DNA of 64,000 nucleotides, from assembly GCA_017399145.1 (NCBI GenBank), contig JAFQEG010000003.1, positions 50,553 to 114,552 on the forward strand. Reading direction: 5' to 3'. Under the pieces are notes generated by a model. It was not told where the DNA came from. It saw only the letters and a list, made by a program, of their open reading frames with translations, and made no database searches. The position numbers and the translations under genes are program-made. Positions 55,030-64,000 of this stretch are shown in pieces. Source of the DNA: Clostridia bacterium (GTDB lineage: Bacteria; Bacillota; Clostridia; Oscillospirales; CAG-272). Numbering within the stretch: the stretch's first letter is position 1; every line of letters begins with the position of its first letter.

Positions 55030-56011
55030 ATAAAGTTGAAAGCATTACGGCTTTGATAGTGTGCATTCTATTCTCCGCCTCGGCAAAGACGATTGATTGC
55101 GAGGACTCGAATACCTCGTCGGTTACTTCCATTTCAGTTCTGCCGAATTTTTCGCCCATTTCCTTGCCTACGGTTGTTTTCATATCGTGGAAGGCTGGTA
55201 GGCAATGCATAAACACTGCGTTTTTGTCTGCCTTCTCCATAAGGGCTTTATTTACTTGATATGGAGATAGATCTTCAATTCTTTCCTTCCATACCTCGGT
55301 TGGCTCACCCATAGAAACCCATACGTCGGTATAAATTACATTTGCGTTTTTAACTGCTACGTTTGGATTTTCCTCAAAGGAAAGGGTTGCGCCTGTTTCC
55401 TTTGCAATTTCTTGACACTTTTCAATCAAGGCTTGGTCGGGGAAATATTTCTTAGGTGCGCAAGCAACGAAGTCAAGACCCATTTTTGCACAGCCTACCA
55501 TTAGTGAATTGCCCATATTATATCTTGCATCGCCCATATAAACTAGCTTGATGCCCTTTAGCTTGCCGAAATGCTCCTTGATTGTTAGGAAGTCGGCAAG
55601 AATTTGTGTTGGGTGAAATTCGTTTGTAAGACCATTCCAAACAGGCACCTTTGAATACTTTGCAAGCTCCTCAACAATTTCTTGTCCGTAGCCACGATAT
55701 TCAATTCCGTCGTAGATTGATGAAAGGACTCTTGCAGTATCTCTAATACTTTCCTTTTTGCCGATTTGTGAGCCTGTTGGGTCAAGGTAGGTAACTCCCA
55801 TACCTAAATCGTAACCGGCAACCTCAAAGCTACAACGTGTACGTGTGCTTGTTTTTTCAAATATAAGAGCTATATTTTTGCCTTGAAGTGTATTATGTGC
55901 AATACCATTTTTCTTTTTAGCCTTTAGCTCGCTAGCAAGGTCGATAAGGCCTCCTATTTCCTCTGGGGTAAAGTCTAAAAGCTTTAAAAAATCTCTTCCC
56001 TTTAAATTCAT
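55028..56011 (-). CDS. argF: Ornithine carbamoyltransferase
   Basis: STRTR, HPTQ, DVWVSMG and HCLPAFH motifs. Confidence 0.9.
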   Translation of the reverse strand: MNLKGRDFLKLLDFTPEEIGGLIDLASELKAKKKNGIAHNTLQGKNIALIFEKTSTRTRCSFEVAGYDLGMGVTYLDPTGSQIGKKESIRDTARVLSSIYDGIEYRGYGQEIVEELAKYSKVPVWNGLTNEFHPTQILADFLTIKEHFGKLKGIKLVYMGDARYNMGNSLMVGCAKMGLDFVACAPKKYFPDQALIEKCQEIAKETGATLSFEENPNVAVKNANVIYTDVWVSMGEPTEVWKERIEDLSPYQVNKALMEKADKNAVFMHCLPAFHDMKTTVGKEMGEKFGRTEMEVTDEVFESSQSIVFAEAENRMHTIKAVMLSTL

Positions 56012-56031
56012 TTTTTGCTCCTTGAATGGGT

Positions 56032-57201
56032 TTAAATATTTTCTCTTGCGACCTCTTTAATAATCTCAACAGCCTTTTTTAGTTGGTCCATTGGAATATT
56101 AAGTGGTGGCAAAAGCCTTAATTTATTCTTTGCTTTAATTGGAAGTATGCCCTTTTCCATACATTTTGATAGAATTACGGACACGTCCCCCTCTGTTTCG
56201 ATGCCTATCATAAGACCTAAGCCACTTACAGACTTAATGCCTTTTGAATTTCTTAGGCTATTAAAGATATACTCTGACCTTTCTAAAACACCGTTTAAAA
56301 GGTCCTTGTCAATTCTTTCTATGATTGAAATAGCACCTGCACAAGCAACGGGGTTGCCACCGAAGGTTGAACCGTGAAGTGATGGCTTAAGAGTATTTTC
56401 TGTTTTATCAAACATTAGACAAGCACCTATTGGGAGTCCTCCACCTAAGCCCTTTGCAGTTGTTATTACGTCCGGGGTAATTCCATATTGCTGATATGCG
56501 TACAAGGTACCGCACCTGCCGTTGCCTGTTTGTACCTCATCAATAACCAAAAGATTATTATATTTTTGACACAAATCAGACACTCCCTTGACAAAATCAG
56601 GGTTTAGTGCAACAACTCCACCCTCGCCCTGTACTAATTCCATTATAATAGCACAACACTTATTTTCAGAAAACGTTTTCTCTACGCTTTCAAGGTTATT
56701 AGCCTCTGCGTAAACAAAGCCATCTGTTAGCGGGTTGAAGTATTTATGGAATACGTCTTGGCCTGTGGCTGATAAGGTTGTAATTGTTCTTCCGTGGAAG
56801 CTATTTTTAAGAGTAACTACGTTAAAATATTCGTCCCCCTTATTTTCGCTTGCCCATAGTCTTGCAACCTTAATTGCACACTCGTTTGCCTCGGCACCTG
56901 AGTTGCCGAAGAAAACCTTTTTAGCACCTGTTTTTTCGCATAGCAATCGTGCTAGACGAGCACAGGGCTCTGTATAGTACAAATTAGACGTGTGCTGATA
57001 TTTATTTAATTGATTAGTTACAGCATTTATCCACACAGGGTCGCACATACCGAAGGTATTTACTGCAATACCTGTTGATAAATCAATATATTCCTTGCCC
57101 TCGCTATCATACACAAGCGAGCCGTTTCCCCTTGTGATTTCCAAGTCAAAACGACCATAGGTATTAGCGACAAAGCTTTTATCTAAGTCCTTAGTCTTCA
57201 T
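56032..57201 (-). CDS. argD: Acetylornithine aminotransferase
   Basis: Class III aminotransferase motifs ([24 protein letters not shown]) within the arg operon. Confidence 0.9.
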   Translation of the reverse strand: MKTKDLDKSFVANTYGRFDLEITRGNGSLVYDSEGKEYIDLSTGIAVNTFGMCDPVWINAVTNQLNKYQHTSNLYYTEPCARLARLLCEKTGAKKVFFGNSGAEANECAIKVARLWASENKGDEYFNVVTLKNSFHGRTITTLSATGQDVFHKYFNPLTDGFVYAEANNLESVEKTFSENKCCAIIMELVQGEGGVVALNPDFVKGVSDLCQKYNNLLVIDEVQTGNGRCGTLYAYQQYGITPDVITTAKGLGGGLPIGACLMFDKTENTLKPSLHGSTFGGNPVACAGAISIIERIDKDLLNGVLERSEYIFNSLRNSKGIKSVSGLGLMIGIETEGDVSVILSKCMEKGILPIKAKNKLRLLPPLNIPMDQLKKAVEIIKEVARENI

Positions 57202-58087
57202 CTTCCTGTGCCATATCCTTAACTACCATGGTGCCTGCACCCTCGTTTGTAAGCATTTCTATAAGAAGCTCGTGAGGTACACGACCATCAAGAATAACAA
57301 CCTTTTTAACTCCCTTGTGAATTGCCTCGATACAGCATTCAACCTTAGGAATCATACCTCCACTAATAACACCTGTGTTAAAAAGCTCCTCAGCGCCCTT
57401 TATGTCAATACAGGATATTAAGGAATTCTTGTCGTCCTTATCTCTTAAAATGCCCTCGATATCGGTCATTGTAAAGAGTCTTTCTGCTTGCAAGCCTCCT
57501 GCAATATAAGCGGCAGCTGTGTCTGCGTTTATGTTATAAACGTTGCCCTTGTCGTCACATGCAATTGTTGATACAACAGGAATATAGCCCTTTTTAAGCA
57601 GGTCGTTTATCGGGGTAACGTCAACCTCGGTAATTTTACCCACATAGCCTAGGCGTGAGTCCTTCATTTCTGCCTTAATCATTTGTGCGTCAAGTCCAGA
57701 AATACCGATTGCTCTAGCACCCTTTAAGCCAAGCATATTTACAAGGGTTTTATTTATTTTGCCAGCCAAAACCATTTGTACAACGTCAGCAGTTTCCTTA
57801 TCAGTTACTCTTAGTCCGTTTACAAATTCGCTTTGCTTTCCAATTTTTTTAAGGGTATCTGTGATTTCAGGTCCACCACCATGTACTAAAACAACCTTAA
57901 CACCGATTAGGGAAAGAAGAACAATGTCCTCCATTACCTGCTCCTTTAGTTGCTCGTTAATCATTGCGTTTCCACCGTATTTGATAACGATAAGCTTGTT
58001 ATAATACTTCTTAATGTAAGGCAATGCCTGTGTTAAAACCTGTGCTCTTTGAGCATTGGTTATCTCAATTGGTAGCTTGTTTTCCAT
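57191..58087 (-). CDS. argB: Acetylglutamate kinase
   Basis: VIKYGGNAM, VLVHGGGP and NINADTAA motifs. Confidence 0.9.
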   Translation of the reverse strand: MENKLPIEITNAQRAQVLTQALPYIKKYYNKLIVIKYGGNAMINEQLKEQVMEDIVLLSLIGVKVVLVHGGGPEITDTLKKIGKQSEFVNGLRVTDKETADVVQMVLAGKINKTLVNMLGLKGARAIGISGLDAQMIKAEMKDSRLGYVGKITEVDVTPINDLLKKGYIPVVSTIACDDKGNVYNINADTAAAYIAGGLQAERLFTMTDIEGILRDKDDKNSLISCIDIKGAEELFNTGVISGGMIPKVECCIEAIHKGVKKVVILDGRVPHELLIEMLTNEGAGTMVVKDMAQEDED

Positions 58088-59301
58088 TATGTTCTATAAT
58101 CTCCGTTTATTTTTACATAATCATAGGTTAGGTCGCATCCCCAAGCAGTTGCTTGTCCGTTTCCGTCCCCTAGCTTTACCTTAATTGTAATTTCGTTTTC
58201 TAGTAGAATTTCCTTTGCAATTTCCTCTGAGAAATCAACTCCAGCACCATTTTCACAAACTGAAATTTCGCCCTTAGATGACTCAAAGGAAACGAATACC
58301 TTATTTACGTCAACGGATGCACCACTGTAACCGATTGCACAAAGGATACGTCCCCAGTTAGCATCTGCGCCAAACATTGCAGCCTTAACAAGTGATGAGC
58401 AAATAATACTCTTTGCAATTATCTTTGCGTTTTGCTCGTCCTGTGCGCCACTTACCTTACATTCAATAAGCTTTGTTGCGCCCTCTCCGTCGCCTGCAAT
58501 CTTTTGGCAAAGATTTACTGTTATAGTATTAAGAGCCTTCATGAATATATCAAAATCTTCACCCTGTGTGGTTATTTCCTTGTTTCCTGCTTGTCCGTTT
58601 GCTAATACTGTTACCATATCGTTAGTTGATGTATCTCCATCAACGGACACCATATTGAAGGTGCTCGAAACGTCGGTTGAAAGTGCAAGCTGAAGCATTT
58701 CAGCACTGATTTTACAGTCAGTTGTAATGAAAACAAGCATTGTTGCCATATTAGGATGAATCATTCCTGAACCCTTTGCAATACCACCGATACGGCACTC
58801 AACTCCGCCGATTTCAAAGCTAAGTGCGATTTCCTTTAGCCTTGTGTCGGTAGTCATAATTCCCTCGGCTGCAGACCCGCTTGCATCTGGCGAAAGTCCT
58901 TCTACAAGGGCTGGGATTCCGTTTTTAATAGGTGTAATATCAAGAGGCTGACCGATAACACCGGTTGAAGCAACAACTACGTCCTTTTTATCTATTTTAA
59001 GCTCGCTTGCTAGTAGGTCGCACATTTTTTCAGCTATTTCAATGCCATTTGCATTACAGGTATTTGCATTACCACTATTACAAATAACTGCCTGTGCATA
59101 ACCGTCGCTTATGTTGTTTTTAGTTACTGTTAGAGGTGCACCCTTAACCTTATTTGTTGTATATACAGCAGCACAGGTAGCACGAGTAGGCGTATATATA
59201 AGTGCTAGGTCCTTTTTTTCTTTGTTCTTGCGAATACCACAATGTATGCCTGATGCTACAAATCCTTGTGCAGCACAAACGCCACCATTAATTAATTTCA
59301 T
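58087..59301 (-). CDS. argJ: Bifunctional glutamate N-acetyltransferase / amino-acid acetyltransferase
   Basis: GGVCAAQGF...GIRK, ATML (autoprocessing site MATMLVFITTD) and a C-terminal YVKINGDYRT. Start moved to ATG 59299-59301 (AAGGAG RBS). Confidence 0.9.
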   Translation of the reverse strand: MKLINGGVCAAQGFVASGIHCGIRKNKEKKDLALIYTPTRATCAAVYTTNKVKGAPLTVTKNNISDGYAQAVICNSGNANTCNANGIEIAEKMCDLLASELKIDKKDVVVASTGVIGQPLDITPIKNGIPALVEGLSPDASGSAAEGIMTTDTRLKEIALSFEIGGVECRIGGIAKGSGMIHPNMATMLVFITTDCKISAEMLQLALSTDVSSTFNMVSVDGDTSTNDMVTVLANGQAGNKEITTQGEDFDIFMKALNTITVNLCQKIAGDGEGATKLIECKVSGAQDEQNAKIIAKSIICSSLVKAAMFGADANWGRILCAIGYSGASVDVNKVFVSFESSKGEISVCENGAGVDFSEEIAKEILLENEITIKVKLGDGNGQATAWGCDLTYDYVKINGDYRT

Positions 59302-59311
59302 TATCTTCTCC

Positions 59312-60238
59312 TTAGATTTCAAGAGTTTTAGTCTTATCGGTGCCTAAAACTATATTTAAGCACTCAACTGCGGCACCTGAGGCACCCTTACCTAAATTGT
59401 CGTATCTTGCAACAAGGATAATTCTTTCCTCGTTTCCGTAAACCTCTATTTGCATAGAGTCCTTACCTGAAAGATTGCCTGCTGACAAAAATCCTGACTC
59501 GTCCCCTGCTTCTACATAAGAAACGATTGGACCCTTGTAGGTATTTTTATATATTTCCTTAATTTCCTCAATTGAGCCATAATTTAATTGGGATTTGAAA
59601 AGAGGGATTGTAACCTCCATACCAGAATAAAAATCTGCTACAATTGGAGAAAATACAGGTGCATTTTTAATTCCTGTAATCTTTGCCATTTCAGGCAAGT
59701 GCTTGTGGGATTGAGTTAAGCCATACTGTCTTGGGAAGTCGTAAAGCTCCGGCTTGTCCTGCTCGTATTCGGCAATCATTTTCTTTCCACCACCACTATA
59801 GCCTGTTATTGAATGGGCAGATAGTAGTGCGTTTTTAGGAAGTATTCCCGCCTTTACAAGAGGATAAACAAGGGCGACAAAGCCACTTGCATGACAGCCT
59901 GGGACTGCAATTCTTTTACTATTTTTTATTTTGTCCTCAAAGGACTTATCAAGCTCAGGAAAACCGTATGCCCAGCCCTCGTTGGTCCTGTGGGCAGTTG
60001 AGGTGTCTATTACGACAACATCGGGATTGTCAATCATTGCAACAGATTCCTTAGCTGCTTGGTCTGGCAAGCAAAGAAAGGCTATGTCAACTGAATTTAG
60101 GATTTCCTTTTTTGCAACTGGGTCTTTTCTTAATTCCTCGGGAATTAAAACGATTTCAACATCGTCTCTGTTTGATAATCTTTCCTCAATTCTAAGACCC
60201 GTTGTACCTGCCTTACCGTCTATAAATACCTTTTTCAT
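59312..60238 (-). CDS. argC: N-acetyl-gamma-glutamyl-phosphate reductase (short type)
   Basis: DGKAGTTGL Rossmann N-terminus and catalytic PGCHASG; 308 aa. Confidence 0.85.
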   Translation of the reverse strand: MKKVFIDGKAGTTGLRIEERLSNRDDVEIVLIPEELRKDPVAKKEILNSVDIAFLCLPDQAAKESVAMIDNPDVVVIDTSTAHRTNEGWAYGFPELDKSFEDKIKNSKRIAVPGCHASGFVALVYPLVKAGILPKNALLSAHSITGYSGGGKKMIAEYEQDKPELYDFPRQYGLTQSHKHLPEMAKITGIKNAPVFSPIVADFYSGMEVTIPLFKSQLNYGSIEEIKEIYKNTYKGPIVSYVEAGDESGFLSAGNLSGKDSMQIEVYGNEERIILVARYDNLGKGASGAAVECLNIVLGTDKTKTLEI

Positions 60239-61608
60239 TTTAAAAACTCCGCTACGTAATCTAGTTGCTCCTTTACGGACGCGTATCCTGTTGAGCCCTT
60301 TGAAATTCTCTTTGCAACACAGCTTTCAAGTGAAATTTCCTCGTACAAGTCATTTTCAAACATATCTGAGTGAGACTTATACTCTTCAAGGGTCATTTTG
60401 TCAAGGGTGATGTCCTTTTTAATGCACTCGCCAACTATTGTGCCTACGATTTTGTAAGCTGACCTAAAGGGCATACCCTTTTTGGTAAGATAGTCAGCGA
60501 GGTCGGTTGCATTGATAAAGCCCCTTCCTGCTGCGTTGTACATATTTTCTTTAATTGGCTTCATTGTCTTAATCATAGGAATAAATACTTGAATGCACTT
60601 AATAACTGTTTCGGTTGCATCAAAGATAGCTTCCTTGTCCTCTTGCATATCTTTGTTATATGCAAGTGGAATACCCTTAAGCATTGTAAGGGTTGCCATA
60701 AGGTCGCCATATACACGGCCTGTTTTTCCTCTTACAAGCTCTGCCATATCAGGGTTTTTCTTTTGTGGCATTATAGATGAGCCTGTTGTATAGGAATCAT
60801 CAAGCTCAACAAATTTAAATTCCCAGCTTGACCAAAGAATAATTTCCTCAGAAAAGCGAGAAAGATGCATCATAATCGTTGCAAAGGCACTTTCTAATTC
60901 GATGCAATAGTCTCTGTCTGAAACACCATCAATAGAGTTCATACAAACACCATCAAAGCCAAGATTCTTAGCTACCATATCACGATTTGTCGGATAGGTT
61001 GTGCCAGCTAGTGCGCATGAGCCAAGTGGTGAGTAGTTCATTCTCTTGGTTGCATCCTCAAGCCTTGTAACGTCACGAATTAGCATCATAGCATAGGCTA
61101 AAAGGTGGTGTGCAAAAGTGATTGGTTGTGCTCTCTGCAAGTGAGTATAGCCGGGCATAATTGCGTCTTGATTTTTTTCCGCTTGCTCCTTTATTGCACT
61201 GATAAGCTCCTTTAGTAAGGAAATTATGTCGCTTACCTGGTCACGCATATAAAGGCGAAGGTCAAGGGCAACCTGATCGTTTCTGCTTCTTGCAGTGTGA
61301 AGCTTTTTACCATAATCGCCAATTCTTTTTGTAAGCTCTGCCTCAATAAACATGTGGATATCCTCTGCGTTTTCGTCAAAGGAAAGTGCACCACTGTTAA
61401 GGTCCTCAAGAATTGAGCTCAAGCCCTCGGCAATCTTTTCATATTCAATTTTAGAAATGATACCACAGGTACATAGCATAAGTGCGTGCTCAAGTGAGCC
61501 ACGAATGTCCTGCTTATACATTTTTTTATCGAAATGGATTGATGAATTGAAATCGTCTGCTTGCTTATCAAGAGCCTTTTCAAATCTTCCTGCCCACATT
61601 TTTTCCAT
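60235..61608 (-). CDS. argH: Argininosuccinate lyase
   Basis: GRF...S..FD, TGSSIMPQKKNPD signature. Confidence 0.9.
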   Translation of the reverse strand: MEKMWAGRFEKALDKQADDFNSSIHFDKKMYKQDIRGSLEHALMLCTCGIISKIEYEKIAEGLSSILEDLNSGALSFDENAEDIHMFIEAELTKRIGDYGKKLHTARSRNDQVALDLRLYMRDQVSDIISLLKELISAIKEQAEKNQDAIMPGYTHLQRAQPITFAHHLLAYAMMLIRDVTRLEDATKRMNYSPLGSCALAGTTYPTNRDMVAKNLGFDGVCMNSIDGVSDRDYCIELESAFATIMMHLSRFSEEIILWSSWEFKFVELDDSYTTGSSIMPQKKNPDMAELVRGKTGRVYGDLMATLTMLKGIPLAYNKDMQEDKEAIFDATETVIKCIQVFIPMIKTMKPIKENMYNAAGRGFINATDLADYLTKKGMPFRSAYKIVGTIVGECIKKDITLDKMTLEEYKSHSDMFENDLYEEISLESCVAKRISKGSTGYASVKEQLDYVAEFLK

Positions 61609-61684
61609 AACTAATACCTTTCAAGCCTTCTATAATAAAGCCATATTGCGATGAGGAAAAATTCCCCATCGCAAGCTTGGTTTT

Positions 61685-62911
61685 TTATTTCTTATTTTTT
61701 GCGTTTACTTGTGCCTGTACCTTAATTGGCAAGCCGAATAGGTTAATAAAGCCTGCACTATCAGCTTGGTTGTAAACGTTGTCCTCACCGAAGGTAGCGA
61801 TTTCCTCGGAGTAAAGTGAATAGTCACTCCATACGCCTGCCTTAATAATATTGCCCTTATAAAGCTTTAGTCTTACCTTACCTGTAACGTTTTCTTGTGT
61901 CTTGTCAACGAATGCAGAAAGAGCCTCACGAAGTGGTGTAAACCATTGTCCGTTATATACAAGCTCAGCAAAGGTGATTGAAAGCTTTTGTTTTTCGTGC
62001 ATTGTCATCTTATCAAGACAAATTGTTTCAAGGTAGCTGTGTGCTGAATAAAGGATTGCTCCACCTGGGGTTTCATAAACACCACGGCACTTCATACCTA
62101 CAAGACGGTTTTCAACAATGTCAAGTAAGCCGATACCATTTGCGCCACCAAGCTCGTTAAGCTTTAGAATGATGTTTTTAGCGCTCATCTTTTCGCCGTT
62201 GATTGCAACTGGAATACCCTTTACAAAGTCAAGCTCAACATAGGTTGGTACGTCTGGTGCCTTAATTGGGGAAACACCCATTTCAAGGAAGCCCTCTTTG
62301 TCGTAAAGTGGCTCGTTGCCTGCGTCCTCAAGGTCAAGACCCTCGTGGCTAAGGTGCCATAGGTTTTTGTCCTTTGAGTAGTTTGTTTCTCTGTTTATTT
62401 TAAGAGGTACGTTGTGTGCCTCTGCGTATTCGATTTCCTCTTCACGAGATTTGATTGTCCACTCTCTCCAAGGTGCGATAATTGGCATATCTGGTGCGAA
62501 TGCCTTAATTGTAAGCTCAAAACGTACCTGGTCGTTGCCCTTACCTGTACAGCCGTGGCAGATTGCATCAGCACCCTCTTTTAGTGCGATTTCTGCAATT
62601 CTCTTTGCGATAACTGGACGTGCAAATGAGGTACCTAACATATATTCCTCATATAGTGCGCCTGCCTTTACTGTTGGGATTACGTAGTCATCAACGAATT
62701 CCTCTGTTAAATCCTCAATGTAGCACTTTGATGCGCCTGTCTTGATTGCCTTTTCCTCAAGGCCCTCAAGCTCGTCTGCTTGTCCTACATTACCAGAAAC
62801 TGCGATAACCTCACAGTTGTTGTAGTTTTCCTTCAACCATGGAATGATGATTGATGTGTCAAGTCCTCCTGAGTATGCAAGAACTACCTTCTTAATATTT
62901 TTCTTATCCAT
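61685..62911 (-). CDS. argG: Argininosuccinate synthase
   Basis: [13 protein letters not shown]-loop-type motif and [13 protein letters not shown]. Confidence 0.9.
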   Translation of the reverse strand: MDKKNIKKVVLAYSGGLDTSIIIPWLKENYNNCEVIAVSGNVGQADELEGLEEKAIKTGASKCYIEDLTEEFVDDYVIPTVKAGALYEEYMLGTSFARPVIAKRIAEIALKEGADAICHGCTGKGNDQVRFELTIKAFAPDMPIIAPWREWTIKSREEEIEYAEAHNVPLKINRETNYSKDKNLWHLSHEGLDLEDAGNEPLYDKEGFLEMGVSPIKAPDVPTYVELDFVKGIPVAINGEKMSAKNIILKLNELGGANGIGLLDIVENRLVGMKCRGVYETPGGAILYSAHSYLETICLDKMTMHEKQKLSITFAELVYNGQWFTPLREALSAFVDKTQENVTGKVRLKLYKGNIIKAGVWSDYSLYSEEIATFGEDNVYNQADSAGFINLFGLPIKVQAQVNAKNKK

Positions 62912-62927
62912 TTTGTTTTTCCTCCGA

Positions 62928-63108
62928 TGAAATATTATTCATTTTAACGAATTGTATTATATATCTATATTATGCGTTTGTCAAGTCTTTTTTTAATATT
63001 TTTTCATTTATTTATAAATATAGGTAGATTTGCTGAATATTCAAGCTGATTTTGTGAATATTTTTTGCATATTGGTTAATAATTATTCATTTTAGGTGTA
63101 TTTATTCA
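62928..63108. promoter_or_regulatory. Cluster of ARG-box-like TGAAT/ATTCA half-sites (candidate ArgR/AhrC operators)
   Basis: TGAAATATTATTCA (62928-62941, 13/14 to TGAAT-WWWW-ATTCA) lies in the leader. TTAATAATTATTCA is at 63076-63089. Further TGAATATTCA, GTGAATATTT and TTATTCAC half-sites lie between 63034 and 63108. Confidence 0.45.
62956..62984 (-). promoter_or_regulatory. Consensus sigma-A promoter of the arg operon
   Basis: Minus strand reads TTGACA (62979-62984), 17 nt, TATAAT (62956-62961). Confidence 0.65.
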
Positions 63109-63112
63109 CAAA

Positions 63113-63142
63113 AGAAAGGAAGCTGTCAAATTGACAACTTCC
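63113..63142 (-). terminator. Intrinsic terminator after araA
   Basis: GGAAGcTGTCAA-a-TTGACAaCTTCC imperfect palindrome, followed on the minus strand by TTTCTTTTGTG. Confidence 0.65.
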
Positions 63143-63155
63143 TTCATTTATATTA

Positions 63156-64000
63156 TTACTTAAGCTTTGCGATTAGGTCAAGTGTGTTAAGCTCCTGTTG
63201 AAGCTTGTAAAGGTCGGTGTTTTCGTCGATTACAACAAGCTCGGTATCAGTTAGCTTAGCGAATAGCTTAACGTCCTCAACTGTAAGTGCAGTTGAAACA
63301 ACTGTGTGGTGTGCACCACCTGCGTAAATCCAAGCGGCTGCACCTGTTTGGTGGTTTGGCTTTAGCTTCCACATGATTCTTGCAACTGGAAGCTTAGGCA
63401 TTGGCTTTGGTTGCTTTACAAGCTCAATGCTTGCACAAATTAGTCTAAAGCGATTGCCCATATCAATCATACATACAGCAACACCGTCGCCCTCAACACC
63501 ATCAAATACAAGTCTTGCAGGTGGCTCCTTACCACCGATGCCAAGGTGATGTACCTCGATTTTTGGTTGAGTTGATGCAAAGTCTGGTGAAACCTCAAGC
63601 ATGTGTGAGCCAAGTACTACCTCGTCGCCTCTTGTAAAGTCGTAGGTGTAGTCCTCCATAAAGCCTGTTGATCCAACTCTTCCCTTTGCCATTTCACAGA
63701 AGATTGCGTTGAGTGCAGCTGTTTTGTAGTCGCCCTCTGCACCGAAGCCGATGCCCTTAGCCATCATTCTTTGAGTTGCAAGTCCTGGAAGCTGACGCAT
63801 ACCGTGAAGATCCTGGAAGGTATCTGTGTAAGCACCGAAATTGCCCTCTGTTAAGAATTTGTCAAGAGCGATTTCGTACTTTGCTTGCTCCTTAACTGCA
63901 TCAAGGTTGTCTGTATTCATTATGTAAAGCTTTTTATACTCTTCGATTTTGTCATTTAATTCCTTATCGGTAACTTGATTTACAAGTGCAACAAGGTCAC
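63156..64000 (-). CDS. araA: L-arabinose isomerase, C-terminal part (N-terminus beyond window edge)
   Basis: ...GFGAEGDYKTAAL..., FMEDYTY, ...WIYAGGAHHTVVS... match the AraA C-terminal half. The frame stays open to base 64000, beyond the first Met given in the track. Confidence 0.8.
   Translation of the reverse strand, partial: DLVALVNQVTDKELNDKIEEYKKLYIMNTDNLDAVKEQAKYEIALDKFLTEGNFGAYTDTFQDLHGMRQLPGLATQRMMAKGIGFGAEGDYKTAALNAIFCEMAKGRVGSTGFMEDYTYDFTRGDEVVLGSHMLEVSPDFASTQPKIEVHHLGIGGKEPPARLVFDGVEGDGVAVCMIDMGNRFRLICASIELVKQPKPMPKLPVARIMWKLKPNHQTGAAAWIYAGGAHHTVVSTALTVEDVKLFAKLTDTELVVIDENTDLYKLQQELNTLDLIAKLK

Overview
Low-GC Firmicutes/Clostridia-type chromosomal window, judged from spoVT, addAB, Gram-positive Shine-Dalgarno sites and many near-consensus TTGACA-17-TATAAT promoters. 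I call about 55 protein genes and one tRNA-Ser(GGA). I found no rRNA, CRISPR array, transposase, integrase or phage structural gene. Most of the window is housekeeping or catabolic: yloV-degV, hemW-lepA, a GH30 hydrolase, the uxaB-uxaA-uxaC hexuronate operon, an AsnC regulator with an aminotransferase, tadA next to a ParE/GyrB-like subunit, queG-like-addB-addA, phosphoglucomutase, aconitase, spoVT, a potA-potB-potC/D transporter with fused C-D, rarA, a complete argG-H-C-J-B-D-F operon with ARG-box-like half-sites, and a partial araA at the right edge. Two stretches look accessory. One is 10.95-16.15 kb, starting at the tRNA-Ser 3' end and holding an XRE-TPR regulator, small unknown proteins, a lipoprotein and a tightly coupled pair of nuclease-like genes. 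The other is 52.7-54.7 kb, with a mini pyrophosphatase-like protein and two unknown membrane proteins. The best candidate for something undescribed is the two-gene cassette at 14457-16122: a double zinc-ribbon protein with a PD-(D/E)xK-like C-terminus, followed by a second D...EAK protein. No methylase, ATPase or sensor lies nearby. Several short noncoding blocks are GC-richer than their AT-rich surroundings by eye and are not explained by the genes. These are 10986-11205 (degenerate tRNA-3' repeats), 22205-22419 (G/T-skewed, four GGGG runs, SD plus mini-ORFs) and 54709-55029 (a perfect 26-bp direct repeat flanking 217 bp right at the argF stop). All functional calls rest on my reading of the translated ORFs and motifs; no database search was run.
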